This document shows, piece after piece, positions 8,513 through 20,124 of a DNA stretch of 64,000 bases. Origin of the DNA: Planctomycetota bacterium (GTDB taxonomy: Bacteria > Planctomycetota > PLA2). Under the pieces are notes generated by a model, which had not been told where the DNA came from, did not search any database, and worked only from the letters and a program-made list of their open reading frames with translations. The number at the start of each line of letters is the position of its first letter. Position 1 is the first letter of the stretch. The position numbers and the translations under genes are program-made. Where the stretch lies: assembly GCA_027297745.1 (NCBI GenBank), contig JAPUHK010000024.1:994-64993 (forward strand), written 5' to 3'.

Positions 8513-9658
8513 ATGATCGGTGGCTTGGCCAAGTTGCAAGCGTGTCCCCGCTGCCGCGCGCTGTTGGAGGCGGGCACCAAGAAGTGCCCGTACTGCAGCA
8601 CGCAGGTACAGAAGGCGGCCGTTCTCACGGCCCACGTCCCCGGCGACCTGGGCGACGCCGGCGCCGCGTATCCGCGCGCCGGCCGTGTGCTGATCGGCGT
8701 GTTCGTGGCGCTGTACCTGCTCATGCTCTACTTCGACCCCAACCGGGATGCGGGGATCCAGGGATGGACCACGCGGCCGTCGCATGCGGCCACATACGCC
8801 TTCGGAACGAGCAACCTGTTCGGCATCCGCGCATGCGGCCAGTCCTGGCGCCTCGTGTCGGCTCTGTTCATGCACCTGAGCTTGCTGCACCTGGCCATGA
8901 ACTCGGTCGCCGTGCTGATCCTGGCGCCGCTCGTGGTAGCGGTGCTCGGGCTCAAACGTGCGGGGGTGTTGTTCCTGTTGACCGGCCTGGCGGGCGCGGC
9001 GGCAAGCCATCTGGCGGGCTACGGCGGCGCGGGCGCATCCGGGGCGGTGTGCGGCGCCATAGGAGCGCTGTTGGCCTTCGGCAAACGGGAGGCGGGCCTG
9101 CGCGGCGCGGTCCTGATGCGCGCGATGAAGCAGTGGGTCATGATCCTGGTGCTGTGGACGGTGGTGGCGCTGGCCGCCAACATGAACATCGACCACATCG
9201 CCCACTGGGTCGGATTCGCCGCCGGGCTGGCGCTGGGTTGGTGGGGTGAAGGCGGCAGGGCCGGGCGGCTCAGCGGCGCGCCGCTCTGGAACGCGCTTTT
9301 CTACGCGGGCGCCGCGGCCGTCGTGGCCACGGCGTTCTTCGTGGGCGTGCAGGTGCAGCGCAGCTTTCACGCCCGGGACGTGGCGTTCTACAACCGGGGC
9401 TCCTTCCAGGCCTTGCAGAGGATCCAGCTCAGGCTTCACGGTGGGGGGGAACCTCTCGCGGCGAAGCTGGATCTGCCCGACCCGCCTCCGGGTTCGGAAG
9501 AGCTCGACCAGGCCTTGCGCGAGGCGTGGCAGGCCGTCCGCGAGAGTCCTTCGGCCGCCGCGGCGGTCTCCTCCTTCGACGCCGCCGAGCTGCTCTGGCA
9601 AGCTTGGAGAATCGAGAGCATGTGCCGGTACGGCCCGTGCGCCAACCCGGCGTCGTAA
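8513..9658 (+). CDS. Rhomboid-family intramembrane serine protease with an N-terminal zinc ribbon.
   Basis: N-terminal CPRCRALLEAGTKKCPYCS. Multiple TM helices. Catalytic-type GASGAVCGAIGAL (GxSG) and a downstream His in a TM segment (IAHWVGFAAGLALG). Start taken at the internal Met MIGGLAKLQ. Confidence 0.75.
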   Translation: MIGGLAKLQACPRCRALLEAGTKKCPYCSTQVQKAAVLTAHVPGDLGDAGAAYPRAGRVLIGVFVALYLLMLYFDPNRDAGIQGWTTRPSHAATYAFGTSNLFGIRACGQSWRLVSALFMHLSLLHLAMNSVAVLILAPLVVAVLGLKRAGVLFLLTGLAGAAASHLAGYGGAGASGAVCGAIGALLAFGKREAGLRGAVLMRAMKQWVMILVLWTVVALAANMNIDHIAHWVGFAAGLALGWWGEGGRAGRLSGAPLWNALFYAGAAAVVATAFFVGVQVQRSFHARDVAFYNRGSFQALQRIQLRLHGGGEPLAAKLDLPDPPPGSEELDQALREAWQAVRESPSAAAAVSSFDAAELLWQAWRIESMCRYGPCANPAS

Positions 9659-9754
9659 CGCCTCCGGCCGCTGAGGGGCGTTCATCCGCACCACACAGAG
9701 GCGTATACTGGCGCGCGGCGTCCGAGAGCCGCGTTGCCGGCAAGGGAGGGAAGC

Positions 9755-10612
9755 ATGAGTGAGTATGCACACCCCGGGATGATCGTCTCTACGCAGTGGT
9801 TGGCGGATCATCTCGACGACCCGGGCCTGCGCGTGATCGAGTCGGACGAGGACATCACGCTCTACCACTCCGGGCACATTCCCGGCGCGGTCATGGTCGA
9901 TTGGCAGAGCGAGCTGCAGGACCCCGTCGTGCGCGACTACGTCAACAAGGAGAACTTCGAGAAGTTGATGCGTGCGAAGGGGATCGGGCGCAACGACACG
10001 CTCGTGTTCTACGGCGACAACAGCAACTGGTGGGCCTGCTACGCGCTGTGGGCCTTCAAGATGTTCGGCCACGAGAACATGAAGATCCTCAACGGCGGGC
10101 GCCGGAAGTGGATCGACGAAGGGCGGCCGACATCGACGGACGAACCCGCCTATCCCGCCACGGACTACGAGGCGACGGGTCCGGACTACACGTGGCGCGC
10201 CTTCGCCGATGAGGTTCGCGAGTACGTCGAGGCGGACGGGCAGCTCGTGGACGTGCGCTCGCCCGGCGAATACACGGGCGAGCTGTTGCACATGCCCAAG
10301 TACCCGCAGGAGGGCGCGTTGCGCGCCGGACACATCCCCGGCGGCCGCAGCTGCCCGTGGTCGCGCGCCTGCAACGAGGACGGGACCTTCAAGTCCGCCG
10401 AGGAGCTGAAAGCTCTCTACGAGGGTGAGCTCGGGTTCGACGGCAAGCAAGAAGTGATCGCCTACTGCCGCATCGGCGAGCGCTCCAGCCACACGTGGTT
10501 CGTGCTGAGCTACCTGCTCGGCTACGGCAACGTGCGTAACTACGACGGTTCGTGGACCGAGTGGGGTAACCGCGTCGGCGCTCCCATCGTCAAAGGCGAT
10601 CAGATCCGCTAG
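9755..10612 (+). CDS. Two-domain rhodanese: thiosulfate / 3-mercaptopyruvate sulfurtransferase.
   Basis: A GGGAGGG ribosome-binding site precedes [11 protein letters not shown]. Tandem rhodanese domains. Active-site Cys in CRIGERSS (CRxGx[R/T] loop). Confidence 0.85.
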   Translation: MSEYAHPGMIVSTQWLADHLDDPGLRVIESDEDITLYHSGHIPGAVMVDWQSELQDPVVRDYVNKENFEKLMRAKGIGRNDTLVFYGDNSNWWACYALWAFKMFGHENMKILNGGRRKWIDEGRPTSTDEPAYPATDYEATGPDYTWRAFADEVREYVEADGQLVDVRSPGEYTGELLHMPKYPQEGALRAGHIPGGRSCPWSRACNEDGTFKSAEELKALYEGELGFDGKQEVIAYCRIGERSSHTWFVLSYLLGYGNVRNYDGSWTEWGNRVGAPIVKGDQIR

Positions 10613-10623
10613 GCCAGCGGGTC

Positions 10624-11028
10624 ATGGACCGCAAGGCGATCATCGAGCGCATCCTGGACCATGCGGAGAGGCCGCGCGGAAAGGCCAAGCTGGATGACCC
10701 GGACCTGGTGCAGGCGGGCGGCAACCCCGGCTGCGGCGACGTGATCATCTGGATGGCGCACCTTGACGCGGAGGGGCGTATCCGCGACGTGGGTTGGGTA
10801 GGCCAGGGTTGCAACCTGAGCCAGGCGGGCGCATCGATGCTCAGCTCCCGGCTCGAGGGGCTCAGCCTGGACGAGATCCTGGAGCTGCCCGCCGACCTGC
10901 TGATCGAGGAGATCGGACCGCAGATGGCGTTGACCCGTCCGGCCTGCAGCAGCCTCGCGCTGAACACGATCAAGACGGCCGTCTACCGCTACAAGCAGGA
11001 GCGGGAGAAGGCCGCGCGGGAGACGTAG
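10624..11028 (+). CDS. SufU/IscU-like Fe-S scaffold protein (NifU N-terminal family).
   Basis: Three conserved Cys in NPGCGD, GQGCNLS and RPACSSL contexts. 134 aa. Confidence 0.7.
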   Translation: MDRKAIIERILDHAERPRGKAKLDDPDLVQAGGNPGCGDVIIWMAHLDAEGRIRDVGWVGQGCNLSQAGASMLSSRLEGLSLDEILELPADLLIEEIGPQMALTRPACSSLALNTIKTAVYRYKQEREKAARET

Positions 11029-11150
11029 GGGGGGCGTTGTCAGAACGAGAACCAACCTACCCCTACCTCTACCCCTGCCTCCGACACTTGCCCCTCCCCT
11101 CGCCCAGGGGAGACGGGCTAGGGGGCAAAGGTAGGGTAGGGGCGGAACAC

Positions 11151-11465
11151 CTACATCAACCCGAGCTGCAGCTTCGCGCCCTCGGACATGCGAGTCATGT
11201 CCCAGGGCGGGTCCCACACCAGCTCGACGGTCGACTTGGTGACGCCTTCGACCCCTTTCACCTTCGTCTCGACCTCGGGCGGCAGCGTGCCGGCCACCGG
11301 GCAGGCGGGCGACGTGAGCGTCATCTTGATCGTGACCTCGTTGTCGTCGTTGATGGCGATGTCGTAGATCAACCCGAGCTGATAGATGTCGACGGGGATC
11401 TCGGGGTCGTAGCAGGTCTTCAGGGCGTCGACCACGCGGTCGTGGAGCGTCGTTTCTTCTGCCAT
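11151..11465 (-). CDS. sufT: SufT / DUF59 (MIP18 family) Fe-S assembly protein.
   Basis: 104 aa. YDPEIPVDIYQLGLIY and TLTSPACPVAG motifs are typical of DUF59/SufT. Confidence 0.75.
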   Translation of the reverse strand: MAEETTLHDRVVDALKTCYDPEIPVDIYQLGLIYDIAINDDNEVTIKMTLTSPACPVAGTLPPEVETKVKGVEGVTKSTVELVWDPPWDMTRMSEGAKLQLGLM

Positions 11466-11469
11466 CGTC

Positions 11470-11919
11470 TCACTCCGTGGTAACGGGAGTCTTCTTCTCG
11501 TTGAGCGCCGCCTGGAGGGTGTGCCAGGGCAAAGTAGCGCACTTCACACGCACCGGGAAGGCGCGCACGCCGAGCAGCACCACGAGCTTGCCGACCTTGT
11601 TGCGGGACTCCTCGTCGTCCTTCCGGCCCGTGACCAGGTCGTGGAAGGTCTGAAACAGCTCCGTCGCCTCCGTCACGGTCTTGCCCTTCAGCATCTGCGT
11701 CATGAGCGAGGCCGACGCGGTGGAGATGGCGCAGCCTTGGCCCTGGAAGCTGACATCCTCGACGACGTTCCCGTCCAGCTTCACGAACACGTGCACCTCA
11801 TCGCCGCACAGGGGGTTGTAGCCGTCGGCGCTGCGCGCGTCCGGGAGCGCGCGGTAGTTGCGCGGCTTGCGGCCGTGATCCAGGATCAGCTCCTGGTAGA
11901 GCTCGCGCAGGTCGCTCAT
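11470..11919 (-). CDS. sufU: SufU (NifU-family) sulfur-acceptor scaffold.
   Basis: MSDLRELYQELILDHGRKPRN. GYNPLCGDE, GQGCAISTA and KCATLPW motifs. Overlaps the sufS stop codon by 4 nt. Only the 3' 450 nt of the 428-aa track ORF is real. Confidence 0.8.
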   Translation of the reverse strand: MSDLRELYQELILDHGRKPRNYRALPDARSADGYNPLCGDEVHVFVKLDGNVVEDVSFQGQGCAISTASASLMTQMLKGKTVTEATELFQTFHDLVTGRKDDEESRNKVGKLVVLLGVRAFPVRVKCATLPWHTLQAALNEKKTPVTTE

Positions 11920-13181
11920 GCGCCGAAGAACTCTCGGGAGGCTTCCAGCGCCCGCACGAACGTGTCGACCTCCTCGAGCGAGTTGTAGAAGGCGAAGGAG
12001 GCGCGCGTCGTGGCCGGCACGCCGAACCGCTTCATCAGGGGCTGCGTGCAGTGGTGCCCCGTGCGCACGGCGATGCCTTCCTGGTCGAGGAAGGTGCCGA
12101 GGTCGTGCGGGTGCGCCCAGTCGGTGACGAAGGAGAGCACCGCCGCCTTGCATGTGGACGTGCCGAACAGCCGCACGCCGCCGATCTGCTGCAGGCCGTG
12201 CGTCGCGCGCGCCAACAGGCTCGTCTCGTGGGCGATGATGCCGTCGAAGCCGCCGAATCCCTCCAGATACTCGAGCGCCGCCGCGAAGCCGACGGCGGCC
12301 GCGACCGACGGCGTGCCCGCCTCGAACTTGCCCGGCGGCTCCCGGAACGTGGACTTGTCGAGCTGCACCGAGAGGATCATCTCGCCGCCGCCCTGGTAGG
12401 GGGGCATGCTCTCCAGCCACTTGTGCTTGCCGTACAGCACCCCCGTTCCCATCGGGCCGAACGCCTTGTGGCTGCTGAGCGCGTAGAAGTCGCAGTCGAG
12501 CTCCTGCAGGTCGACCTTCATGTGCGGCACCGCCTGCGCGCCGTCGAGCAGCACCGGGATGTCGCGCTCGTGGGCCAGCGCGACCATGCCCTTGACCGGG
12601 TTGACGGTGCCGAGCGTGTTCGACACGTGTACGAGCGCCACCAGCTTGGTGCGCTCCGTCAGCAGGTTGCCGTACGCCTCCAGGTCGAGCTGGCCGGAAT
12701 CGGTCACCGGCACGACCGTCAAGTGCGCCCCCACTGACTCGCACAGGAGCTGCCACGGCACGATGTTGGAGTGGTGCTCCATGGTCGTGATCAGCACCTC
12801 GTCGCCCGCGCCCACGTGCTGGCGGCCGAAGCTGGACGCGACCAGGTTGATGGCTTCCGTAGCGCCGCGCACGAAGACGATCTCGCTCACGTCGCCGGCG
12901 TTCAGGAAGCGCCGCACGGTCTCGCGCGCGCCCTCGTAGGCCTCGGTCGCCGCCTGGCTGAGCGCGTGCACGCCGCGATGCACGTTCGAGTTGATCTCCG
13001 TGTAGAAGCGCTGCAGGCGCTCGAGCACCACGCGCGGCTTCTGCGCGCTGGCGGCGTTGTCGAGGTAGACCAGCGGCTTCCCGTGCACGCTGCGTTCGAG
13101 CAGCGGGAAGTCGGCGCGCACGCGCTCGACGTCGATCGGCGCCACGGGCGAGCTGGCCCGGACTTCCTCGAGCGTGCTCAT
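11916..13181 (-). CDS. sufS: Cysteine desulfurase SufS (class II aminotransferase, group II).
   Basis: PLP-binding Lys in ALSSHKAFGP. Conserved active-site Cys in RTGHHCTQP. About 420 aa. Confidence 0.9.
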   Translation of the reverse strand: MSTLEEVRASSPVAPIDVERVRADFPLLERSVHGKPLVYLDNAASAQKPRVVLERLQRFYTEINSNVHRGVHALSQAATEAYEGARETVRRFLNAGDVSEIVFVRGATEAINLVASSFGRQHVGAGDEVLITTMEHHSNIVPWQLLCESVGAHLTVVPVTDSGQLDLEAYGNLLTERTKLVALVHVSNTLGTVNPVKGMVALAHERDIPVLLDGAQAVPHMKVDLQELDCDFYALSSHKAFGPMGTGVLYGKHKWLESMPPYQGGGEMILSVQLDKSTFREPPGKFEAGTPSVAAAVGFAAALEYLEGFGGFDGIIAHETSLLARATHGLQQIGGVRLFGTSTCKAAVLSFVTDWAHPHDLGTFLDQEGIAVRTGHHCTQPLMKRFGVPATTRASFAFYNSLEEVDTFVRALEASREFFGA

Positions 13182-13188
13182 CTCGCGC

Positions 13189-14429
13189 CTAGCCCTCCTC
13201 GTTCCCCGGCAGGCGGCTGTCTAACAGCCGGTCCGCCCGTTCGCGCACCGCAGCAACGTCGAGCCGCTTCGTGATCTCGCCCGCGAAGGCCCGGATCAGC
13301 AGGTTGCGCGCGCGGTCCTTCGTCAGCCCGCGGCTGCGCAGGTAGAACAGCGCCTGCTCGTCGAGCTGTCCGATCGTGGCGCCGTGCGAGCACTTCACGT
13401 CGTCGGCGTAGATCTCGAGCTGCGGCTGGGTGTCCATGACCGCGGTGTCGGTCAGGAGCAGGTTGGCGTTCGACTGGAACGCGTCCGTCTTCTGCGCATC
13501 CTCGTAGACGTGGATGCGCCCCGTGAAGACGCCGGACGACGCGTCGTCCAGAATGCCCTTGTACAGCTCGTGGCTTTCGCAGTGCGGCACCCGGTGCTCG
13601 ATGAGCGTGTGGTTGTCGACGTGCTGCGAGCCGCGCGTCATGAACAGGCCGTTGAGGGTGCCGAGGCTGCCCTCGCCACGTAGCGCGGCGGTGATGTCGT
13701 TGCGCGTGAGCCGGCCGCCGAGCGTCACGACGTTCGACGTGTAGCGGCTGTCGCGCGCCTGGCTCACCCAGACGTTCGACGTGTGGAAGGCGGACTCGTT
13801 CTCGAGCTGCAGGCGCGTGTGCTTCAGCGCGGCGTTTTCCGAGACCAGGACGACACCGACCGCGTTCGTCCAGTGCTCGCCGGTGCCCAGCGAGACGTAG
13901 GTCTCGACGATCTCGGCGCGCCCGTTGCGCTTGACGTGGTAGACGTTGCGCGGATGGCAGGCCTTGCCGTCCGTCCCGATGAACAGGACGTGCAGCGGCT
14001 CCGCAAGCTCGCCCTCCACCTCGACCACGGCCCCGTCCTCGAGGAACGCGGTGTTGAGCGCGACGAACGCCGGGGCGTCGTCCTTCAGCTCGAAGTCGAT
14101 CGTGTCCCGGATGCTGGCCAAGCTGACGCCGACCTGCGCGTCCGAGAGGTCGGCGCGGTAGTGGCCGTCCACGAAGACGAGACTGCCGCCGAAGCCGAGG
14201 CGGGCGACGTCGTCCGGAGTGACGCCGTTCGTGGACGGCCGCCCGAGCGTCAGGTCGCTCTTGGCGATCGGCGCCACGTTGGTGAAGCGCCAGTCCTCCA
14301 GATGCGTGTCGGGGAACCCGAGCTCCTTGAAGCGCGCGATGCCCTCGGTGCGCAGCGCGTGCAGCGCATCGGCCCCGCGCTCCTGCACGAGCGCCTCGTG
14401 GTCCCGAAGGATGCGTTCCATGGTGTCGG

Positions 14430-14433
<4 letters not shown>
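13189..14433 (-). CDS. sufD: Fe-S cluster assembly protein SufD.
   Basis: Position between sufC and sufS. C-terminal SufBD signature (QLEIYADDVKCSHGATIGQLDEQALFYLRSRG). Confidence 0.85.
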
Positions 14434-15185
<752 letters not shown>

Positions 15186-15236
15186 GTCTTTCGTTCTTCC
15201 TCTTCGCGCTTTCGCGTTCGTTGTCTCAGGGTTTCT

Positions 15237-16700
<1,464 letters not shown>

Positions 16701-16702
16701 GC

Positions 16703-17140
16703 CTATTGCACCTTTTCGAGGGGGGGAAACGTGACCGTGGTGGCCATATCGCTGAGCGGGATGTTGCGCAGCGCGTCGCGCACGGCCTGGTTGATGCGCT
16801 GCCAGTTCGTGCGCACGGGGCAGCAGAACTCGATGCCGCACTCGTCGGTGGCGGTGTCGAGGCACTCGGTCAGCGCGATGGGGCCCTCGGTAGCTTCGAT
16901 GATCTCCGCCACCGTGATCTCCTCGGCGGGGCGCGGGAGGCTGTAGCCGCCCTTCACGCCGCGGTACGAGACCAGCAGCCCCGCGCGGCCGAGCGCCTTC
17001 AGCGTCTTGCTGACGGTGGGCAGCGGCAGGCCCGCGCACTTGGCCAGGTCGCGGGCGTTCTGGACCTTCTTCTCGGGCGCGCCCGCGAAGTGGGTCATCA
17101 GAACGATGGCGTAGTCGGCCTGTCGGGTGAGTCTCAGCAT
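16703..17140 (-). CDS. Rrf2-family transcriptional regulator (IscR/SufR-like) with Cys ligands for an Fe-S cluster.
   Basis: N-terminal winged HTH ([39 protein letters not shown]). Cys cluster [17 protein letters not shown]. It sits 2 nt upstream of sufB and is the first gene of the suf operon. Confidence 0.85.
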   Translation of the reverse strand: MLRLTRQADYAIVLMTHFAGAPEKKVQNARDLAKCAGLPLPTVSKTLKALGRAGLLVSYRGVKGGYSLPRPAEEITVAEIIEATEGPIALTECLDTATDECGIEFCCPVRTNWQRINQAVRDALRNIPLSDMATTVTFPPLEKVQ

Positions 17141-17154
17141 GGGGCCCTCTCAAA

Positions 17155-17175
17155 ACAGGACTCTCGCGGTCCTGT
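17155..17175. promoter_or_regulatory. Perfect 7-bp inverted repeat ACAGGAC-N7-GTCCTGT, 15 nt upstream of the rrf2 start codon; candidate autoregulatory operator of the Rrf2 regulator.
   Basis: Seen directly in the sequence. Rrf2 regulators such as IscR bind palindromic sites overlapping their own promoters. A second palindrome, AGAGTACTCT, lies at 17184-17193. Confidence 0.45.
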
Positions 17176-17370
17176 ATGAAGAAAGAGTACTCTACAGACC
17201 CTATTTAGCTCGGTCAATCTTTCGCGCCCGCTCCCCGTCGGTTGCTCCGATCCCCTGCAAATCGTTGATCGGTAGGGCGTTGCGCGCCTCGGGGCGCGGC
17301 GCGTCTGCCACGCCTCCAGGGGTCTACATGGTTGCTCTGCCGCCGGTCGCGGACTGGGGGTGCCCCATCG

Positions 17371-18525
17371 CTACCGGCCGGTGCGGAGGGCCTGGACGGC
17401 CTCAACGACCCGGTCGGCGGCACGGTCGACCTCGGCCTCAGTCGTCGGGCGGCCGATGCCGAAGCGAAGGGCTGCCAGGGCCAGCTGCCGCGAGATCCCC
17501 ATGGCCTGCAGCACGTGGGAGGGGTCGACCTTGTCGGAGTGGCAGGCGGAGCCCGTGGAGAGCGCCAGGTCGGGCAGCGCCAGCAGCAGCGACTCGCCGT
17601 CCACGCCGTCGAAGCAGACGTTGAGGTTGCCGGGCAGCCTGGCCTCGCGGCAGCCGTTCACGTGCACGCCGTCGAGCCGCTCGAGCAGCGCGCCTTCGAG
17701 CCGGTCGCGCAACCGCGCCGTGCGTTCCGCCTCCTGCCCGGGCTCCTGCCGGCACAGCTCGCAGGCCATGCCGAGACCGACGATGCCGGGCACGTTCGAG
17801 GTGCCGGAGCGCATGCCGCGTTCGTGTCCTCCGCCGTGCATCTGGATCGTGATCTTCACCTCGGGGTCACGGCGCCGCACGTATAGCGCGCCGCAGCCCT
17901 TCGGCCCGTAGAACTTGTGCGCCGTCAACGAAGCCAGGTGTACGTGGTCCTTGCGCACGTCGAAAGGCACGCGGCCGACGGCCTGCGCCGCGTCCGTGTG
18001 GAACAGGATGCCGCGCGCCTCGGCCAGCTGGCCGATCTTGCGGACGCGATGTAGCGTGCCGACCTCGTTGTTGGCGGCCATCAGCGTGATCAGGACCGTC
18101 TGCTCCGTGAGCGCCGCCTCCACGTCCTCGATCCGCACGCGCCCGTCGGGCCCGACGGGGACCCATGTCACCTGCGCGCCGCGCGCCTCGACCTCGGCGA
18201 GCGAATCGAGCACCGCCGAGTGCTCCGTGCGGGCGGAGACGATGTGCGTGCCCGCGCCGCCGCATGCCTCGAAAACGCCCTTGATGGCCAGGTTGTCCGA
18301 TTCCGTGGCACCGGAAGTGAAGACGATCTCACGGGCCTCCGCCCCGATCAGCGCCGCAACGCGCTTGCGGGCCACCTGGACCGCCTCCTCGGCGCGCCAG
18401 CCGTAGGCGTGCCGGCTGGCGGCGTTCCCGAAATCGGCCTCGAAGAAGGGCAGCATCTCCTTCAGCACGCGGGGGTCCACCGGCGTGGTCGCGTGGTAGT
18501 CGAGGTAGATAGGGGGCTCAGCCAC
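17371..18525 (-). CDS. iscS: Cysteine desulfurase of the IscS/NifS type (class I).
   Basis: PLP-Lys in LASLTAHKFYGPKG. Active-site loop SSGSACHS-like (LSTGSACHSDKV). GTG start preceded by AGGATAAGG. Confidence 0.88.
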   Translation of the reverse strand: MAEPPIYLDYHATTPVDPRVLKEMLPFFEADFGNAASRHAYGWRAEEAVQVARKRVAALIGAEAREIVFTSGATESDNLAIKGVFEACGGAGTHIVSARTEHSAVLDSLAEVEARGAQVTWVPVGPDGRVRIEDVEAALTEQTVLITLMAANNEVGTLHRVRKIGQLAEARGILFHTDAAQAVGRVPFDVRKDHVHLASLTAHKFYGPKGCGALYVRRRDPEVKITIQMHGGGHERGMRSGTSNVPGIVGLGMACELCRQEPGQEAERTARLRDRLEGALLERLDGVHVNGCREARLPGNLNVCFDGVDGESLLLALPDLALSTGSACHSDKVDPSHVLQAMGISRQLALAALRFGIGRPTTEAEVDRAADRVVEAVQALRTGR

Positions 18526-18596
18526 GGGGCCTTATCCTAGCTTTCCAGCTCTGAGTACTGCTCGGACAGCAGATATGGGGGATATACTGACTAGCA

Positions 18597-18932
18597 ATGT
18601 CCAAGCTGGCCATGACCGACAAGGCGGCGGAGAAGATCCTCGAGTTCGTCGCCAAAGACTCCAAGAAACTCCAGGAACCCGGCCTGCGCGTGCGCCTGAC
18701 CGGCGGCGGCTGCTCCGGCTACATGTATCAGTACTCGCTGGACGACGGCCCCGCCGAGGGCGACGAGGTTATCGAGCACAACGGCGCCAGGCTGTTCGTG
18801 GACAAGAAGTCGCTCTTCTTCTTGGCGAACTCGGTCGTGGACTACGCAGAGTCGCTCATGAACTCCGGGTTCCGCGTTCAGAACCCGAACGCCAAGGGCG
18901 CCTGCGGCTGCGGCGAGAGCGTCTCTTTCTAG
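18597..18932 (+). CDS. A-type Fe-S carrier protein (HesB/IscA/ErpA family).
   Basis: 111 aa. C-terminal CGCGESF signature. Conserved Cys in GGGCSG. Confidence 0.85.
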   Translation: MSKLAMTDKAAEKILEFVAKDSKKLQEPGLRVRLTGGGCSGYMYQYSLDDGPAEGDEVIEHNGARLFVDKKSLFFLANSVVDYAESLMNSGFRVQNPNAKGACGCGESVSF

Positions 18933-18960
18933 CTCTCAGCTGAGAGCTGACAGCTCTAGA
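18927..18960. terminator. Nested perfect palindromes between convergent genes; candidate bidirectional terminator.
   Basis: TCTAGCTCTCAGCTGAGAGCTGACAGCTCTAGA contains the 18-bp perfect palindrome AGCTCTCAGCTGAGAGCT. It spans the stop codons of the A-type carrier gene (+) and the divergent nuoB paralog (-). It is not followed by a classic T-tract. Confidence 0.4.
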
Positions 18961-19489
18961 TGAGCGTGTCCTTGACCTGCGCGACGAGCTCCGCGGCGGG
19001 CTGCTCCTCGGAGATCTTGTCTTGCAGCTCCATGAGGCCCTTGAGCACGGCCTCAGGGCGCGGCGGACAGCCCGAGATGTACAGGTCGACGGGTATCACC
19101 TCGTCGATGCCCTGGACCACGGGGTAGGAGCGGAACATGCCGCCCGAGGAGGCGCAGGCCCCCATGGCGATGCACCACTTGGGCTCCGACATCTGGTCCC
19201 ATACCCGCTTGACGACGTCGGCCATCTTGTAGGTCAAGGTGCCGGCTACGACCATCACGTCCGCCTGGCGCGGGCTGAAACGGGCCACCTCGGCCCCGAA
19301 GCGGGCCAGGTCGTAGCGCGAGCAGGCAACGGCCATGAACTCGATGGCGCAGCAGCTCAAGCCCATCGGGAGGGGCCAGAGGGAGTTCTTCCGGCTCCAG
19401 TTGATGAGCGCGTCGAGCCGTGAGAGGAAGAAACCGCCTTCCTGCTCGTGCTCGGTGACCTGGAGGTCCAGCGTGGTCGGGTTGGTCAT
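18956..19489 (-). CDS. Stand-alone NuoB-like protein (complex I 20-kDa / hydrogenase small-subunit family); second nuoB paralog.
   Basis: MTNPTTLDL... with the N2-cluster ligand pattern [13 protein letters not shown] and GCPP. It is divergent from nuoA and shares a 160-bp intergenic region with it. Start chosen at an internal ATG. Confidence 0.75.
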   Translation of the reverse strand: MTNPTTLDLQVTEHEQEGGFFLSRLDALINWSRKNSLWPLPMGLSCCAIEFMAVACSRYDLARFGAEVARFSPRQADVMVVAGTLTYKMADVVKRVWDQMSEPKWCIAMGACASSGGMFRSYPVVQGIDEVIPVDLYISGCPPRPEAVLKGLMELQDKISEEQPAAELVAQVKDTLI

Positions 19490-19650
19490 GGCCACGGAAA
19501 GTGTACCCCGCGACTCGTGCGGGGGCACCCTCGGGGGGCCGGGGCCGTCCGCGAATCTGGAAAGCCCTTGGTGCCACTGGAATAATCCCCTCTTTCGCGC
19601 CCAGGTATACGCACCCGATCGTGACACTCCAACTGCTCTTGGCCTCGACG

Positions 19651-20124
19651 ATGTTCCACAACTTGGGGAACGTGCTGATCTTCGCCCTGTTCGGCGGGGT
19701 CTTCGTCTGGGTGAACCTGTTCGTGATCGGCAAGCTCCTGCTGCGCCGGCCGCACAAGCCCAAGTTCGGCGAAAAGGAAGAGACCTACGAGTGCGGCGAG
19801 CCCACGATCGGCGACGCCTGGATCCGCTTCGACATCCGCTTCTACACGCTGGCGCTCATCTTTCTGATCTTCGACATCGAAGTGGCGCTGCTCTTCCCGT
19901 GGGCCGTGGCGTACGACGAGTTCATCGCCGCCGGCTTCGGGGCCGGCGCCTTTTTCGAAGTGCTGATCTTCCTGGTCGTGCTGGGCGTGGGCCTGGCCTA
20001 CGTCTGGTTGCGCAAGGACCTGAATTGGACCAGCACGCTGCCCGGACCGGCGGTGCCCGAGGAGGCGCTCGCAGGGGACGCAGTGGAAGAGAGCAAGCCC
20101 GCACAGGAGGAGGTCTCGGCATGA
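19651..20124 (+). CDS. nuoA: NADH-quinone oxidoreductase subunit A.
   Basis: Three TM helices. Conserved YECGEP and [12 protein letters not shown] motifs. A GTG alternative start lies at 19621. Confidence 0.85.
   Translation: MFHNLGNVLIFALFGGVFVWVNLFVIGKLLLRRPHKPKFGEKEETYECGEPTIGDAWIRFDIRFYTLALIFLIFDIEVALLFPWAVAYDEFIAAGFGAGAFFEVLIFLVVLGVGLAYVWLRKDLNWTSTLPGPAVPEEALAGDAVEESKPAQEEVSA

Noticed and set aside
8480-10492. 5' two-thirds of the 956-aa minus-strand track ORF
   Set aside because: Only the last 858 nt (archaemetzincin) are protein-like. The rest is antisense to the rhomboid and rhodanese genes and low-complexity.
11920-12756. 5' part of the 428-aa ORF 11470-12756, and 5' parts of 15237-17153 and 19335-21065
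   Set aside because: Each long ORF is real only from an internal start (sufU at 11919, sufB at 16700, nuoB at 20121). The upstream parts overlap sufS, rrf2 and nuoA in other frames.
17127-18540. Plus-strand ORFs in the iscS region (17127-17624, 17332-17886, 17915-18406)
   Set aside because: Antisense to the well-supported iscS/nifS gene.
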